From: Candidatus Caenarcanales bacterium
GTDB taxonomy: Bacteria > Cyanobacteriota > Vampirovibrionia > LMEP-6097
NCBI GenBank assembly: GCA_947459525.1
Contig: CANHDW010000001.1
Location: 3,714-67,713 of the forward strand
Direction: 5' to 3'
DNA: 64,000 nucleotides
Positions 38,661 through 49,302 of the stretch are shown here, piece after piece. Under the pieces are notes generated by a model. The model was given only the letters and a program-made list of their open reading frames with translations. It searched no databases and was not told the origin of the DNA. Every line of letters starts with the position of its first letter. Positions within the stretch are counted from its first letter, which is position 1. The position numbers and the translations under genes are program-made.

Positions 38661-39776
38661 GTGATAAACTTAGCTCTGATGGACTTTCTTTTCGTTCTGC
38701 TTAGCATACTGGTTATAACGCTACTTATAGTAGTACATGAATTCGGACACTTTCTTGCAGCTAAATTTTATGGCTTCCAGACACCAATATTTGGCATCGG
38801 TATGCCCTTTGGACCATATATAGAAATATGTAAAAAATGGGGCACGAGGTTTCGTTTTTATTTTCTGCTTATCGGTGGCTTTGTAGCGATACCTGAAACT
38901 CACGATGAAACCAGTGAAGAAACTCTTAAAGAGATCGACGATTTAAAACCTTTTCGTAAATTCCCAGTATTACCAAGAGCAGTAGTTGCCGTGGCTGGAG
39001 TAGCTTTTAATATCATATTTGCCTTTTTACTTGCTGTAATCATGGCTATCAGCATTGGTTTACCTAAAATAGTACCTAGTACCGTGATAAAAGGTTTCAC
39101 TAGTGATACTTCCGCAGCTAAAATAGCTGGATTAGAAACTGGAGATAAAATCTTATCTATAAATGGAATCGCTATAAATACTGGCACTCAGATGCAAAGT
39201 AAAATTGCAGAATTTAAAGATCAAGATATACAAATCAAAGTAGCTAATAAAGATAAAATTTACTCGGTTCACTCAGAAGGCGTTATTGGTGTACAACTCG
39301 GTTACGAAAAAGAATATATAAAATCTGAAAATATTTTTAGCGCTATTTTCTCGGGATTAAAATTCACGGTTAACGCCACCCTGATGATGATCTTTTCAGT
39401 TTTTGCCATTTTAGCTTCTCTTTTAGCTAAAGCCTTAAATGTATTTGGTCTTCACTTAGATTTCGCTACAGCAAGCTTAGGTGATGTAAAAGGAATAGTA
39501 GGTATAGTCCAATTAATCACTCAAGATATAAAACATAATCTTTGGATGATACTAGAATTTGCTTTCCTCTTAAGCTTAAATCTTGCAGTTATAAACCTAT
39601 TACCGATACCAGCTTTAGATGGTGGTCACCTTTTATTTTTAGGCTATGAAGCCATTTTTAAGAAAAAACCTTCGACTAAACTTCAAGACGGCTTAGTACA
39701 AGCAGGTTTTATATTCCTTCTCAGTTTAATGGTGATAACCACGATTAATGATATTAGATCGTTCTTCGTTAAATAA
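38661..39776 (+). CDS. rseP: Site-2 protease RseP-like (M50 zinc metalloprotease with PDZ domain)
   Basis: 371 aa; HEFGHFLAAKFYG (HExxH in TM1), a PDZ segment and LNLAVINLLPIPALDGGHL (the LDG motif). The start is GTG at 38661 or ATG at 38679. Confidence 0.85.
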   Translation: MINLALMDFLFVLLSILVITLLIVVHEFGHFLAAKFYGFQTPIFGIGMPFGPYIEICKKWGTRFRFYFLLIGGFVAIPETHDETSEETLKEIDDLKPFRKFPVLPRAVVAVAGVAFNIIFAFLLAVIMAISIGLPKIVPSTVIKGFTSDTSAAKIAGLETGDKILSINGIAINTGTQMQSKIAEFKDQDIQIKVANKDKIYSVHSEGVIGVQLGYEKEYIKSENIFSAIFSGLKFTVNATLMMIFSVFAILASLLAKALNVFGLHLDFATASLGDVKGIVGIVQLITQDIKHNLWMILEFAFLLSLNLAVINLLPIPALDGGHLLFLGYEAIFKKKPSTKLQDGLVQAGFIFLLSLMVITTINDIRSFFVK

Positions 39777-40632
39777 CGAAATCTTTCATAATGGTTCTTA
39801 GTTTCTGTAAAGATTTTTGATGAAGCTGGCTTGCTCTAGACTCAGAAATATCTAAAATAGTACCTATTTCTTTAAAAGTTAGTTTTTCATAATGGTACAG
39901 CGAAATTATTAACCTTTCTCTTTCCTTTAGGCTATCTATTGCAGCTGCAAGCTTATCTCTAACCAAGTTAGACTCTGCATAATCCTCAGTAGCCTCAGTT
40001 TTAGAAGGCATTTTATCTACTAAAGCCACGGATGACTCCTCTGATGAATTACCATTTTCTTGAGCATCTAGCGAGAATATTACCGCACTAGATTCTTGCT
40101 GCAGCACTCTTAAATCTTCATTTTCTATAGTTAAATGTTTTTTTATCTCTTCATCAGTCGGAGTATAGCCTAGACGCGACTCTAGCTCTGCTAATCTTTG
40201 ATTAAATCTTTTTACTCTTTCTCTACTATTTCTTGAAAGAAAATCTCTCGATCTTAAAAAATCAAGAATCGCTCCACGGATTCTATTAGTCGCAAAAGTC
40301 TCAAATGAACAATCTTTAGCATTATCAAAGCGATCTATAGCTTCAATAAGACCGATAGTCCCATAACCCATTAAATCTTCTTTATCGAAATCAGCTGTCT
40401 CTAATTGAGGAAACCTACCGACTACCCAATTTACCAGATGAGCATACCTAATAATTAACTGTTCTCTAAGTTCAGTTTTTTTATTAACTTGGTTATATCG
40501 TGCCCATAGCCTTGTATTCTCAGCTTTTCTTTCAACGCTTTTAAGATTTAATTGCAAAGGATGAGATATAAGTAGTTCTTTTTTTGACTCCGTAGACCCC
40601 TTTGAATCAGATTGCGATGAGCTAGTTACCAT
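39769..40632 (-). CDS. RNA polymerase sigma factor, FliA/WhiG/SigF (sigma-28, group 3) family
   Basis: 287 aa; region 2 (LIIRYAHLVNWVV...DLMGYGTIGLIEAIDRFD) and region 4 HTH (LTFKEIGTILDISESRASQLHQKSLQKLR) resemble FliA. Convergent 8-bp overlap with rseP. Confidence 0.75.
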   Translation of the reverse strand: MVTSSSQSDSKGSTESKKELLISHPLQLNLKSVERKAENTRLWARYNQVNKKTELREQLIIRYAHLVNWVVGRFPQLETADFDKEDLMGYGTIGLIEAIDRFDNAKDCSFETFATNRIRGAILDFLRSRDFLSRNSRERVKRFNQRLAELESRLGYTPTDEEIKKHLTIENEDLRVLQQESSAVIFSLDAQENGNSSEESSVALVDKMPSKTEATEDYAESNLVRDKLAAAIDSLKERERLIISLYHYEKLTFKEIGTILDISESRASQLHQKSLQKLRTIMKDFVI

Positions 40633-40646
40633 AAATTATTGCCGCC

Positions 40647-41009
40647 TTATTTTTTCAAAATTGATTGATCAAATACTTGAAGTTTTTTGTATCTCATCGA
40701 AAGCTCTTCCTCTCTGCGTTGTAACCTTAATTCTCTCTTTTTAGCAAAGCTCTTGACGTGTGCCCTCTGCACACTCTCAACAAGCAACCGTAAGATAAAA
40801 AAGGATATAAACGCAATAATGCTAGCAACAGTAAGCGTATCTGCTATTAATGTTATAACATCAAGGTCTGCTTCCGATGAAAAAAGTCTCAAAATTAAAA
40901 GAATCGAAGTGCATAGAATGAAAATAACGCTAGATAACACCGGAACCATCCTGCTGTATTTATCAAGCTGGACCTTTAATGATGACTTTATCGCTTCTCT
41001 ACTTTCCAC
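40647..41009 (-). CDS. Hypothetical small membrane protein (2 TM) with basic C-terminal tail
   Basis: 120 aa; two hydrophobic segments, then KKRELRLQRREEEL. Lies immediately upstream of the sigma-28-like gene on the same strand. Speculatively a membrane regulator. Confidence 0.45.
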   Translation of the reverse strand: MESREAIKSSLKVQLDKYSRMVPVLSSVIFILCTSILLILRLFSSEADLDVITLIADTLTVASIIAFISFFILRLLVESVQRAHVKSFAKKRELRLQRREEELSMRYKKLQVFDQSILKK

Positions 41010-41260
41010 TATCTCCTATCTTCTCTGTTTTTCGTATAACAGATATTCAAGACTTAATAATTCATATGCCAATATTCCATGGTTTAGATCCTTCATCTAA
41101 GAACATGAACCTGAATATGAAAATCAAGAAATGGGGCCATACTATTAAAGATAATTCGTATTTTTTATTAATGGGTGGTTAAGATTTTGGAAAATACTAG
41201 AAATTTTACTAAATTATGAACAAATTTAGTAAAATAAAAGTAATTACACATTCATTATTT

Positions 41261-42361
41261 TTAGGTGTTTTGTGCATTATATTTATTAACAGCTCTGAGT
41301 ATTGCATGTGAGTTTAGGTACACTAACTTTAGAGGGTCCATAGTTGCAGAAGCTAGGCGATCTTCAAGCCTAGTTGAACCTTTTTTGAAAAAGATTTGAG
41401 AAACAGGATCGTTACCTCTAGTTGCTAGAGATGGAGCCGCACCAGTATTGAGTCCAACAACATCATCTAGGTACGGTAAAACAGCTGCGGCTACCATAAT
41501 GGCCGGACTGGCAAGAGCTCTCACTGAGTCTAGTGGAATAGAATTAGTGAGAAGATCAATCATTTCCAATGTTGCAATGCTTGATATAAGTCCTGCTCTT
41601 GCCTGTATTCCAAGGCTACCAATAGGTTTGCCATTATCATGAAATATTGCACTCGGTGATGCTGGACCTAATTTTAATCTTAATAAATCATCTCCTCCAT
41701 TTATGTATATCGCTAAATTATCTCTTTGCATATCAGTGATTTCATTTTCAATGCATTTTTTTAACTTAGGGTTAGTTTCGAGTAAATTGTGTCCATCTTT
41801 AGTGAGGCTTGTATTCAAATGAATACCATTTGATAAGCATCTATCTTCTTTAATCACAGCTGAGAAATCTAAACTATATTCTTGTCCCAAAGTATCTTGT
41901 GTGATTTTGATTAATCTCTTCTGTAAATCAGTTAAATCCTCTAAAAAATCATTTGTTTTATCATCGTTAAAAAAACTAATTTCATATTGATTATCCTTAA
42001 TTAATTCTGAGCTGAAATTCTCAACACCAAACTTTTCGAAACAAGTAAATTCTTTTTCAAATGCCGAAGTCAATTTTTCCAAATTCTCCTTACCGATAAA
42101 TTGCTTTTTATCATCTTTTCGTATACAAAATTCAAGTTCAAAACCTAGTTTGAGATTCAACCCTTTCTCGATAAGTGCTGAATTGATTTCTTTGATTTGA
42201 GTAATTAAATCACGAGGTATCTGTATTTCAGGTTCTTTGGTGCAATTCGGCCTAGTAAACCGAGCTTTTGTTTTTTCTCTTAGTCCAACAGGTTTTAACT
42301 CCAGTGCTTTACTAACACTAAATATGCTTTCTCTAAACACATTCATAGTCTTCATCACCAT
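41261..42361 (-). CDS. Divergent glutamine-synthetase-like catalytic-domain protein (speculative)
   Basis: 366 aa; GFELEFCI resembles the GxExEF beta-grasp motif of the GS catalytic domain. Other GS motifs are not obvious. Confidence 0.3.
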   Translation of the reverse strand: MVMKTMNVFRESIFSVSKALELKPVGLREKTKARFTRPNCTKEPEIQIPRDLITQIKEINSALIEKGLNLKLGFELEFCIRKDDKKQFIGKENLEKLTSAFEKEFTCFEKFGVENFSSELIKDNQYEISFFNDDKTNDFLEDLTDLQKRLIKITQDTLGQEYSLDFSAVIKEDRCLSNGIHLNTSLTKDGHNLLETNPKLKKCIENEITDMQRDNLAIYINGGDDLLRLKLGPASPSAIFHDNGKPIGSLGIQARAGLISSIATLEMIDLLTNSIPLDSVRALASPAIMVAAAVLPYLDDVVGLNTGAAPSLATRGNDPVSQIFFKKGSTRLEDRLASATMDPLKLVYLNSHAILRAVNKYNAQNT

Positions 42362-42431
42362 ATTTGTTAATACAATATAATTTATGATGAGAAATTGACA
42401 TTGTATATTTGGTGAAACTGCACACCAAGCC

Positions 42432-43160
42432 CTAGTGATACATAATCGGAGTCAAAAACCCATTAATAATAACAACTCCAATTAGAACAGTAGTAGAAGC
42501 ACGACTAGTAGCTATACCGACATCTTTAGATGAATCACCAGCTGTTAGCGCACAAGTAACACAGACAATAACAGTATAAATATTAAATATCTCAGCTTTA
42601 ATTAAAGGATAAAAATATTCCTTAAGGCTCGCATACCTCCATGCTGAGTCTAAAAACTCAAAATACTCTAACTTGATAGCGTAATTAGCCATTAACATGC
42701 CAGAGACCATACTAACTAGTGCAGAAATAGCTAAAACGAAGGGGGTAAGTAAAATAATCGCAAGTAGCTTAGGGGTCATCAAGTAATACAGCTGATTTAT
42801 CTTCATGATTTTAAGAGCATCTAACTGATCACTGATTTTCATAGTAGCTATTTCAGCGGTAAATGCAGTCCCACAGCGTGCCGTAATCGCAAAAGCGATA
42901 AATATCGGTGTAATTTCCTGCAAATTACTTAAAGTAATGGCAGCCCCGATGAGTTCTCTGCCACCATATTTAATCAGCTCTGTAGCAGTATTAACAGTAA
43001 TAATTAAGCTACTTACGCAAGTCAAAACAAGAATCATGGGCAAAGATTCATAGGCAATAAAAACTAACTGCCTAACTAATTCTGTTTTTTCTACTTTAAA
43101 GGTAACTATCTGTTTTAAAGATAAATAAAAATTTAAAAAGCATAATCCTAAAAACTGCAA
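42432..43160 (-). CDS. mlaE: MlaE-family ABC transporter permease (phospholipid/organic-solvent-resistance type)
   Basis: 242-aa polytopic protein; ITARCGTAFTAEIATMKISDQLDALKIMKINQLYYLMTPKLLA fits the MlaE core (E..DAL..MG). It abuts the alaS stop. Confidence 0.7.
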   Translation of the reverse strand: MQFLGLCFLNFYLSLKQIVTFKVEKTELVRQLVFIAYESLPMILVLTCVSSLIITVNTATELIKYGGRELIGAAITLSNLQEITPIFIAFAITARCGTAFTAEIATMKISDQLDALKIMKINQLYYLMTPKLLAIILLTPFVLAISALVSMVSGMLMANYAIKLEYFEFLDSAWRYASLKEYFYPLIKAEIFNIYTVIVCVTCALTAGDSSKDVGIATSRASTTVLIGVVIINGFLTPIMYH

Positions 43161-46160
43161 TTATTGAACACCTTCTAGCACTGTGCTTTTAATCATAGCT
43201 AGAGCTTCTGGAATTTTAGCTATATTTTTAGCACCAGCCTGAGCGAAATCAGGACGGCCGCCTCCGCCTCCACCACAAATATTAGCCGCAGATTTAATTA
43301 GATTATTAACTTTAAATTTCTCAATCTCTGCAAGAGATTTAGAACAAGCTCCTAAAATAGTTACCTTTTCATCAAAAGCCCCAATAAAGAAAAGCCATGC
43401 TAAAAGCCCTTTTGCTTCCATACTTTCCTTTAGATTAGTAGCAAAATCTTTTAAGACATCAGCCTCTAGCATAAAATCAACGATTTGATTAAGATCAGCA
43501 ATAATAAAAGTTCTCCCGTCTTTTTCAATCGCCAGTTTTAAAAACTCATCTGTTTTAGCATTTAGCAGATTTAACTTTTCTGCTTTTTTCTCGTTCTCCA
43601 ACTGCTTTTCAAGCTCTTTACGCTTCTCTAATTCTTCTATCTCAGACTGCTTGAGCTGCTCTTCTTTAATAAATCTTTCAGCACATTCATTTACAAAAAG
43701 CTTTATACGTCTAACTCCACTAGCGACAGAAGACTCACTTGCGATTTTCACTTGAGCTATTTCAGCTGTATTAGAGACATGCGTTCCACCACAAAGCTCC
43801 ACTGAAGCTAGCTCTGACTCACTCGCTATTTTCAAGACTCTTACAGTATCTTCATACTTATCTTCAAAAAATGCCAACGCTCCTAATTTAATCGCCTCAT
43901 CAAAGCTAGTCTCTATAGTGGTTACAGGCAAAGCCGCCTTCACCCAATCATTCATCTGTTTTTCCACTGTATTTAACTGTTCTTTACTAAGGGCTGATTC
44001 ATAATTAAAATCAAAACGTGTATATTCCGCAGAGACCAGAGAACCCGCTTGAGCAACGGTATTCCCTAACACCTTCCTCAAAGCAGCTTGCAGTAAATGA
44101 CAAGAACTATGATGAAACTTAGTCAGCAATCGCTGTTTAGAATTTATCTGTGCTTTAACTGAATCACCAGTTTTTAAAACTGCCTGCGTGTCCTTAGAAA
44201 TAGAATCGCAAGGCAGCTCTATGACTAGTTTATGTAAGATACGACCATCTATAGCTTTTACATCTTTCACACTAAAAAGTAAATTATGTGAGATATTAAT
44301 TTTCAAATTATCATCTAAGAACTGGATCTGAGACTGTTGCACCGCTCCATTTTCAATATCCATCTTTAAACCACTCTGCCCCAGTAGTCCTTTCCCAGTA
44401 AGATTTCTAATAATATATCCAGAATCAGATACTTGACCACCAGACTCAGCATAAAAAGTAGTCTTATTTAGTACTAAAAAAAACTCGTAATCATCTTTAT
44501 GAGACCGCTGCACAACTCCATTTGCGGTCTCTTTATGATTTTCTACAGAAACAAGTTTCTCTGAAACTAAATTAGAATTTTTCTGAGCTAAAATATCCGA
44601 GAAATTAATTTCAGAAATAGGATTTTCATCCTTATCTAAAATCATTAAGACCTCAGCTTCAGTCTCTTCTTGAGCGTAACCTAAAAACTCTGTTTTAGGA
44701 TAAGCCTGCAAAAGCTGTGATAGCGATTTTTCGGAAGTTACTGATACATTAAAAGCAGAAGTCGAAGAAGCTTTAGAATGCTCTTCACGAGCTTTTTCAT
44801 AGCCTTCATAATCGATTTCTAGCGAAAATCCCTGTTTACGATAATCCTCGATAACATCCTCAACAATTTCAAGTGGCAAGCCATATGTAGAATAAAGATT
44901 AAAAAGAATAGCACCGCTCAATGTAGGAATAGAGACTGAATTATTCTCACGAACTATAATATCTAAGTTTTTCAAGCCATTCTCAACCGTCTTAGCAAAA
45001 AGCTCTTCCTCTTTTCTAAGCACACTTGCTATAAGCTCCTTACTTAAAACCAGCTCATCATAAAAAGCTCCATAAATATCTACTGCTTTCTCTGATAACT
45101 TATATAAAAGTGGTTCAGAACTGCAACCCAGCTTATGCAAAAAGCGTGCTGCTCTTCTGATCAGCATTCTAAGCACATAACCTCTACTTACATTACTAGG
45201 TCTGACACCATCTGCTATAAGAAAACAAGCACAGCGCAAGTGATCTACTATGATTTTAAAATATGCCTCATGAGACTGCTGCTGACCTGCTATTTCTGCA
45301 TTTTGATTAACAGCCTCACCAACAACAGCCCTAACAGTAATTTTCAAAACCTCAGCCTTCGTCGCAGACAGCAACTCAGCAAGCTCATCTGTTTCAAAAG
45401 TATTATTAACACCCTGCAAAACCATCGCTATACGCTCTAAACCAGCACCAGTATCTATATTCTTGTGCTCTAGAGGCTTTAAGCTGCCATCATCTAGCTT
45501 TTCAAACTGCATAAATACTAGATTCCATATCTCTATATATCTATCATCCTTATCTAGAATATGCTCCCCAAGATCATAATAGATTTCACTACAAGGACCA
45601 CAAGGACCAGTAGGACCAGGTGGTCCCCAGAAATTATCCTTCGCCGTTAATTTCCAAATATGCTCAGCGATTTCTTTTTCAGGATAAACATTTTTAAAAA
45701 TATCAGCCCAAAGATTATAAGATTCTTCATCAAAAGGTCTAGTATCATCACCTTCAAAAACTGATACATAAAGCTTTTCAGGTGAGAGTCCTAAAACTTC
45801 AGTAACGAATTTCCAAGCCATAGGAATAACTTCTTGCTTAAAGTAATTACCAAAAGAAAAATTCCCCAACATCTCAAAAAAACTATGATGTCTCTGTGTG
45901 TAACCAATATTACTTAAATCGCTGTCTTTGCCACCGACACGAGCACACTTCTGTATACTTACAGCCCTCGGTGGCTCTGGTCTTTTAGTCGCTCCTATAA
46001 AATATGGAATAAAAGGCACCATGCCAGCTGAATTCAGCAGTAGCGTAGGATTATCAGGTACTAAAGAAGCACTTTTATAAAATTTATGCTCTAACCCACA
46101 GTCTTTTTCAAAAAAATTTATCCAAGCTCTGCGAATCTCATTAGTACTAAGCTTCTTCAT
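43161..46160 (-). CDS. alaS: Alanyl-tRNA synthetase
   Basis: [17 protein letters not shown] at the N-terminus; class II core, editing domain HSSCHLL and C-terminal DHHA1 with the GGGGGRPDFAQAG motif. The start is probably the internal M at 46160 rather than 46181. Confidence 0.92.
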   Translation of the reverse strand: MKKLSTNEIRRAWINFFEKDCGLEHKFYKSASLVPDNPTLLLNSAGMVPFIPYFIGATKRPEPPRAVSIQKCARVGGKDSDLSNIGYTQRHHSFFEMLGNFSFGNYFKQEVIPMAWKFVTEVLGLSPEKLYVSVFEGDDTRPFDEESYNLWADIFKNVYPEKEIAEHIWKLTAKDNFWGPPGPTGPCGPCSEIYYDLGEHILDKDDRYIEIWNLVFMQFEKLDDGSLKPLEHKNIDTGAGLERIAMVLQGVNNTFETDELAELLSATKAEVLKITVRAVVGEAVNQNAEIAGQQQSHEAYFKIIVDHLRCACFLIADGVRPSNVSRGYVLRMLIRRAARFLHKLGCSSEPLLYKLSEKAVDIYGAFYDELVLSKELIASVLRKEEELFAKTVENGLKNLDIIVRENNSVSIPTLSGAILFNLYSTYGLPLEIVEDVIEDYRKQGFSLEIDYEGYEKAREEHSKASSTSAFNVSVTSEKSLSQLLQAYPKTEFLGYAQEETEAEVLMILDKDENPISEINFSDILAQKNSNLVSEKLVSVENHKETANGVVQRSHKDDYEFFLVLNKTTFYAESGGQVSDSGYIIRNLTGKGLLGQSGLKMDIENGAVQQSQIQFLDDNLKINISHNLLFSVKDVKAIDGRILHKLVIELPCDSISKDTQAVLKTGDSVKAQINSKQRLLTKFHHSSCHLLQAALRKVLGNTVAQAGSLVSAEYTRFDFNYESALSKEQLNTVEKQMNDWVKAALPVTTIETSFDEAIKLGALAFFEDKYEDTVRVLKIASESELASVELCGGTHVSNTAEIAQVKIASESSVASGVRRIKLFVNECAERFIKEEQLKQSEIEELEKRKELEKQLENEKKAEKLNLLNAKTDEFLKLAIEKDGRTFIIADLNQIVDFMLEADVLKDFATNLKESMEAKGLLAWLFFIGAFDEKVTILGACSKSLAEIEKFKVNNLIKSAANICGGGGGGRPDFAQAGAKNIAKIPEALAMIKSTVLEGVQ

Positions 46161-48147
46161 CTTTATCTCTAGTGTCTTCACGCTTTTCCTCGTTCTCTTC
46201 TTTTCTTAATCTCTCACGCTCGTCACGTCTCTGAGCTTCTTCTTCACGTATCATAGTTTCGACACGCTCTGGCATTCTAGAAGTAGCGATTTTTTCCATC
46301 TCACCTAAACTCAAGATTTCATATTCACCTTTCTGTATCTGCTCTATAGTCAAGAAAACTTGTTCTTTATCTAAAGTCTCTCTTCTTAAAAGCTCCTGAG
46401 ATAAGCCGAGTAACAGAATTTTCTTTTCATTTAAAAGAGTTTTCACCTCAGTATACATAGTCTGTATTAAATCCTTAACTTCCTCATCGATTTTTTTAGC
46501 GAACTCATCACTATAGTTCTGCATATAAGAACTCTGAGACAGATAAGGATTAGATTCATTATCACCATAAGTAACTATGCCTAAATTACTATTCATTCCA
46601 TAACGAGTTATCATCGCTCTTGCGATAGCAGTACATCTTTCCATATCATTCGACGCGCCAGTAGTAATATTTTCCTTACCGAAAATTATTTCTTCTGCGA
46701 CTCTGCCACCTAAAAGCACCATCATCTCTGTCTTTAAATGCTTTTCAGAAGCCGATACTTTATATTCCTCTTCAGTAGACCAAGTAAGACCTAATGCCAT
46801 ACCTCTTGGGATAATAGTTACCTTATGAAATTCATTATTAGATTCTTTAAAAATACTAATTATCGTATGGCCTATTTCATGAATCGCTGTATTTAACTGA
46901 TCTTTAGGCTTAATTATTTTACTGCGTTTCTCTGGACCAATAGCAACCTTATCTATAGCTTCTTCTATGTGTTTAACCTGAATCTCTTTAGCCGTATCCC
47001 TTGCAGCTAGTATCGCTGATTCATTTACCAAATTCATTAAGTCTGCACCACTGAAACCCGGTGTTCTTTTCGCTATAACTTTTAGATCTATGTCAGCTGC
47101 CATAGGCTTACCTCTAGCATGAACATCTAAGATTTGCTTTCTGCCAGCTAAATCTGGAGTATCTATAACTACTTTCCTATCGAATCTACCTGGTCTTAAT
47201 AATGCCTTATCTAAAACATCTGGTCTGTTCGTTGCAGCTAAAACTATAATTCCAGAGTTAGCTTGAAAGCCGTCCATCTCTACTAACAACTGATTTAAAG
47301 TCTGCTCACGTTCATCATTTCCACCACCAGACATACCGCTACGCTGCCTGCCGACTGCATCTATTTCATCTATAAAAATAATACAGGGTGCATTTTTCTT
47401 AGCCTGCTCGAAAAGATCTCTAACTCTGCTAGCCCCTACTCCGACGAACATCTCGACGAAATCAGAACCACTGATACTAAAAAAAGGCACGCCAGCCTCA
47501 CCAGCTACCGCCTTTGCAAGTAAAGTTTTTCCACAACCTGGAGGACCTACCAGTAGAACCCCTTTCGGCACCTTAGCCCCCAGAGCCTTGTACTTATCAG
47601 TATTTTTCAGAAAATCGACTATCTCTTCTAATTCTCTTTTACTTTCACTAATACCAGCGACATCATCGAAACTAACATTAATGTCTTTAGTCATCATCTT
47701 AGCCCTGCTCTTTCCGAAAGACATAGGACCGCCGCCCCCAGCGTTTCTGAGCATAAATATAAAGAACGCGAATAAACCTACTGGAATAATAAAGTTAGAA
47801 ATAATATTTATCCAGAAACCTTCGTTAGACTGGGCTTTAACATCTACTTCAATATCATGATTCACTAGCCTATCGGCTAAATCCTGATTAGCACCGAGTA
47901 AGCTTGCTGGAATACGAGCGTAGTAGATCTCTCCGTTTTTATCCTCGATCTTAGCTATATCATCACCATTAGTCAAAATGACTCTATAGATAGGACTAGA
48001 CGAACCATCATTAGGTAAGACTCGTTTAATAAAATCACTGTAGCTCAGGATTCTTCTTTTATTATCCTGTCCCATCAAACTCATGACAAAGAGAGATAGA
48101 AACAGCACTAAAACAACTAGAGGTAAAGTAGAGGGGACTTTCTTCAT
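46147..48147 (-). CDS. ftsH: ATP-dependent zinc metalloprotease FtsH
   Basis: 666 aa; two N-terminal TM segments, AAA+ ([17 protein letters not shown]), a zinc site (HEIGHTI) and an acidic/basic C-terminal tail. Confidence 0.95.
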   Translation of the reverse strand: MKKVPSTLPLVVLVLFLSLFVMSLMGQDNKRRILSYSDFIKRVLPNDGSSSPIYRVILTNGDDIAKIEDKNGEIYYARIPASLLGANQDLADRLVNHDIEVDVKAQSNEGFWINIISNFIIPVGLFAFFIFMLRNAGGGGPMSFGKSRAKMMTKDINVSFDDVAGISESKRELEEIVDFLKNTDKYKALGAKVPKGVLLVGPPGCGKTLLAKAVAGEAGVPFFSISGSDFVEMFVGVGASRVRDLFEQAKKNAPCIIFIDEIDAVGRQRSGMSGGGNDEREQTLNQLLVEMDGFQANSGIIVLAATNRPDVLDKALLRPGRFDRKVVIDTPDLAGRKQILDVHARGKPMAADIDLKVIAKRTPGFSGADLMNLVNESAILAARDTAKEIQVKHIEEAIDKVAIGPEKRSKIIKPKDQLNTAIHEIGHTIISIFKESNNEFHKVTIIPRGMALGLTWSTEEEYKVSASEKHLKTEMMVLLGGRVAEEIIFGKENITTGASNDMERCTAIARAMITRYGMNSNLGIVTYGDNESNPYLSQSSYMQNYSDEFAKKIDEEVKDLIQTMYTEVKTLLNEKKILLLGLSQELLRRETLDKEQVFLTIEQIQKGEYEILSLGEMEKIATSRMPERVETMIREEEAQRRDERERLRKEENEEKREDTRDKDEEA

Positions 48148-48418
48148 ATAGTTACAACTATGCTAACTATTCTAAGTCTTTGCAAGCTTTAAAGTAAATG
48201 GACTAATTAAAATCAAAAAAATTTTTAAAAATTTTCAAAAAAAAGCTAAAGTTTTCCAGAAAGTAGCCGATATATTAATTATATAGTTTAAATTTTCATT
48301 TTTTAATTGGGGTTTCCCCTATTATCCTCTTCGCTTATTGGCCTATATCGTAAGTGCGAGAACTAAAGGACTAAAACAAAGTCACTAAAGAGGAAAAAGG
48401 AAAAGAGGAGCACCATAA

Positions 48419-49123
48419 ATGATTAAACACCAAAGCCTAAGTAGAGAAGCAATTATCGCATTAAGCCCAGTACAGTCAACTGTTCAAGTTACTAAAGAAC
48501 TAAACATGGCTGGCTTTAATAAAATCGAAAGAGTAGATTATCAAGAGGCTTTAATCCAACACTTAAATTTTAACAAGCCGAATATTATCGTTATGTCTAG
48601 CGAATTACCAGGTGAAAGATCTACAGCAGAACTACTAAATATGATAGCTATGAGTTCTCCTAATACTAGAGTAATCTTTGTATCTAGAAACATTGAAGAA
48701 GCTTGCATGTTTGATATCTATTTCGCTAAAAATATTAGTGCGTGGTTATTAAGCGAAAGAGCTGAGCGGACTATGTCACTTGCTATAGAAGCAGCTGAAG
48801 CATGCCAATTATTCATGGACTTCGTTTTAAACCAAGCTATTAAAACTACTCTTAGTACCAATAGATCAGTCCTTACTTCTAATGAAACTAATTACGCTAA
48901 CCTAGAATTATTAACTGAAAGAGAAGCTGAAGTCTTAAAATATTTATGTGAAGGCTTTAACTATAAAGCAGTTGCTAAGACTCTGTTTATTTCTGAATCC
49001 ACTGTAAAAACCCATATCAACAACGTCTTTACTAAACTTCAGGTTAACGACAGAACTCAGGCTGTACTTTACGCTTTAAAGCATGATCTAGAAGGTCTAA
49101 TGAAAGCGACTATCTCCATCTAA
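48419..49123 (+). CDS. LuxR-family transcriptional regulator with degenerate (pseudo-)receiver domain
   Basis: 234 aa; the C-terminal LuxR HTH (LTEREAEVLKYL...FISESTVKTHINNVFTKLQVNDRTQAV) is clear. The N-terminal receiver-like domain has S/E where the phospho-acceptor Asp would be expected (NIIVMSSELPGE). Confidence 0.7.
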   Translation: MIKHQSLSREAIIALSPVQSTVQVTKELNMAGFNKIERVDYQEALIQHLNFNKPNIIVMSSELPGERSTAELLNMIAMSSPNTRVIFVSRNIEEACMFDIYFAKNISAWLLSERAERTMSLAIEAAEACQLFMDFVLNQAIKTTLSTNRSVLTSNETNYANLELLTEREAEVLKYLCEGFNYKAVAKTLFISESTVKTHINNVFTKLQVNDRTQAVLYALKHDLEGLMKATISI

Positions 49124-49151
49124 ATTTCCTAACACACACGCCCCCGTAAAA

Positions 49152-49200
49152 GCAGTGAACCAGAATAACTTTGGTTCACTGCTTTTGGTTAATTTATACT
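49152..49200 (+). terminator. Rho-independent terminator downstream of the LuxR-family gene
   Basis: A 13-bp perfect stem (AAAGCAGTGAACC / GGTTCACTGCTTT), a 10-nt loop and a T-rich tail (TTGGTT) are seen in the sequence. Confidence 0.7.
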
Positions 49201-49302
49201 TTCTTAAATTCTGATAATTTAAATCACTCTAACTCAGTTGATTTGATACCTGCTTCAGAATTGGTGGTAAGATACTAATTAGCAAAGCTTAATACACTAT
49301 AT

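Noticed and set aside
40979-41182. 67-aa plus-strand ORF in the spacer between the 2-TM protein gene and the GS-like gene
   Set aside because: It lies in an AT-rich intergenic region antisense to the operon direction, has no RBS-like purine tract and no motif. It is probably non-coding promoter or UTR sequence.
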